Assembly (NCBI GenBank): GCA_002269645.1
Contig: NIVC01001101.1
Coordinates: 248,001-312,000, forward strand
Length of the DNA stretch: 64,000 nucleotides
From: Macrostomum lignano
Lineage: Eukaryota
Reading direction: 5' to 3'
The notes under the pieces were generated by a model. The model was given only the letters and a program-made list of their open reading frames with translations, was not told where the DNA came from and did no database searches. Shown here piece by piece: positions 63,460-64,000 of this stretch. A program made the translations under genes and the position numbers. Each line of letters opens with the position of its first letter. Within the stretch, counting starts at the first letter, position 1.

Positions 63460-64000
63460 TTGAGTCACCCCATTCTATGAATCGCCCCCTTTTATGAATC
63501 GCCCCACTCTATGAATCGCCCCATTATATAAATCGTATCATTCTATGAATCGCCCCATTCTATGAATCGCCCCATTCTATGAATCGCCCCATTCTATGAA
63601 TCACCCCATTCTATGACTCATCCCATTTTAAGAATCGCCCCATTCTATGAATCGCCCCTTTTTATGAATCGCCCCACTCTATGAATCGTCCCATTATATG
63701 AATCGTATCATTCTATGATTCGCCCCATTCTTTGAATCGTCCCATTCTATGAATCACCCCATTCTATGACTCATCCCATTTTAAGAATCGCCACATTCTA
63801 TGAATCGCCCCATTCCATGAATCACCCCCATTCTATGACTCATCCCATTTTAAGAATCGCCACATTCTATGAATCGCCCCATTCCATGAATCACCCCATT
63901 CTATGACTCATCCCATTTTAAGAATCGCCACATTCTATGAATCGCCCCATTCTGTGAATCACCCCATTCTATGAGTCACCCCATTCTATGAATCACCTCA
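63460..64000. repeat. 17-bp minisatellite (same family as 51455-52600), truncated by the window end
   Basis: Same consensus unit as the upstream array. Confidence 0.94.

Overview
Eukaryotic (metazoan) genomic DNA with GT-AG spliced genes. The GC-rich polyQ/polyA exons and minisatellite-stuffed introns resemble a free-living flatworm such as Macrostomum; the species is an inference, not shown. I can reconstruct four protein-coding loci: (1) a frameshifted C-type-lectin-like exon (minus strand, ~0.7-1.1 kb); (2) a two-zinc-finger GATA1/2/3-class transcription factor (+, CDS 14663-25143, 4 coding exons, ~685 aa); (3) a MAP7/ensconsin-like gene (+, ~33.4-53.5 kb, up to 11 phase-compatible exons, ~1030 aa), whose penultimate exon and flanking intronic minisatellites are duplicated at 61.8-64 kb; (4) a secreted WSC + PAN/Apple-like gene (+, 57065-57820). 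More than 35 tandem arrays, mostly with distinct units, fill introns and intergenic DNA and account for most long ORFs in the ORF track. An AT-rich island (~28.7-32.3 kb) holds a hAT-type MITE with an exact 8-bp target-site duplication and a dead mariner transposase whose lesions are almost all C>T/G>A, including non-CpG sites (RIP-like). Other notable signals: an inverted pair of intronic minisatellites bracketing a symmetric cassette exon, two RFX X-boxes, arrays of palindromic E2F-like sites, and a ~100-copy (GATA)n tract upstream of the GATA gene. No rRNA, tRNA or CRISPR features were recognised. All coordinates and counts were read by hand.
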